Shown here one piece after another: positions 63,640-64,000 of a stretch of DNA of 64,000 nt (position 1 is the first letter of the stretch; every line of letters begins with the position of its first letter). The DNA is from Tubulanus polymorphus. Lineage: Eukaryota > Animalia > Nemertea. The stretch lies in assembly GCF_964204645.1 (NCBI RefSeq), contig NC_134032.1, forward strand, positions 5,320,275-5,384,274, in the 5' to 3' direction. The position numbers were made by a program, and so were the translations under genes. A model generated the notes under the pieces. It saw nothing but the letters and a program-made list of their open reading frames with translations. It was not told the DNA's origin and ran no database searches.

Positions 63640-64000
63640 ACTAGGGGTCCATGGACACCTTGCCCACTTGGTAAGTGCTTTGAAATGCTAGAAAATCTAA
63701 CAGTTTCAATATTCAACACCCCTGGTGAATATATACCGCAACCAAAGGCATTGAAACCTACCACAGTCATAGAACATGTCATGAGCTACAGTTTGGCAAA
63801 CTGATTGTAGTAGCAAAATATGCCTAGGTGCCAATGGGTACATAATAAGCAAACACTAAGTTATTCTGCTATTCAATTGCCCCCTGGTACATATACAAAA
63901 ACCATAACCCTGAAACTCACCACACTTATAGACAGGTCATCAGCTACAATTTTGCAATTGATTGTGGTAACAAAATATGCCTAGGTACCAACATAATATG
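63640..64000 (+). repeat. About 160-bp tandem units, possibly inside a HINE-like element
   Basis: 63710-63850 is repeated at 63870-64000. Begins with ACTAGGGGTCCATGGACACC, which contains a small hairpin. Confidence 0.6.

Overview
Eukaryotic, AT-rich, very repeat-dense metazoan genomic DNA. A marine invertebrate source is inferred from the repeat families, not proven. Two host genes are recognisable. One is a spliced, slightly divergent calmodulin (minus strand, 16053-16772; terminal exon not found). The other is the first two coding exons of TFIIE-beta/GTF2E2 (56353-56500, 62614-62699). Almost everything else is nested mobile DNA. Retroelements: an L2/CR1-group LINE, a BEL/Pao element, a Gypsy element with an extra SGNH ORF, RTE-X LINEs, a DIRS fragment and Penelope-type hammerhead motifs. 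DNA elements: MULE, ISL2EU, hAT, Tc1 and Harbinger-type MITEs and foldbacks, plus two Polinton/Maverick-type viral relics (HNH+packaging ATPase; protease+PC4+RING+ACTACT terminus). Three items stand out. (i) A 4.5-kb element in the GTF2E2 intron pairs a hAT-like DDE transposase with Helentron/HINE-like ends rather than TIRs. (ii) A large GATA-finger/MULE/SWIM/C2H2/PHD transposase gene can be rebuilt by removing three nested insertions. (iii) The Maverick end carries a divergent PC4/RING gene pair around an E2F-YY1-CRE-ETS motif array. All calls are by eye; no database searches were run.
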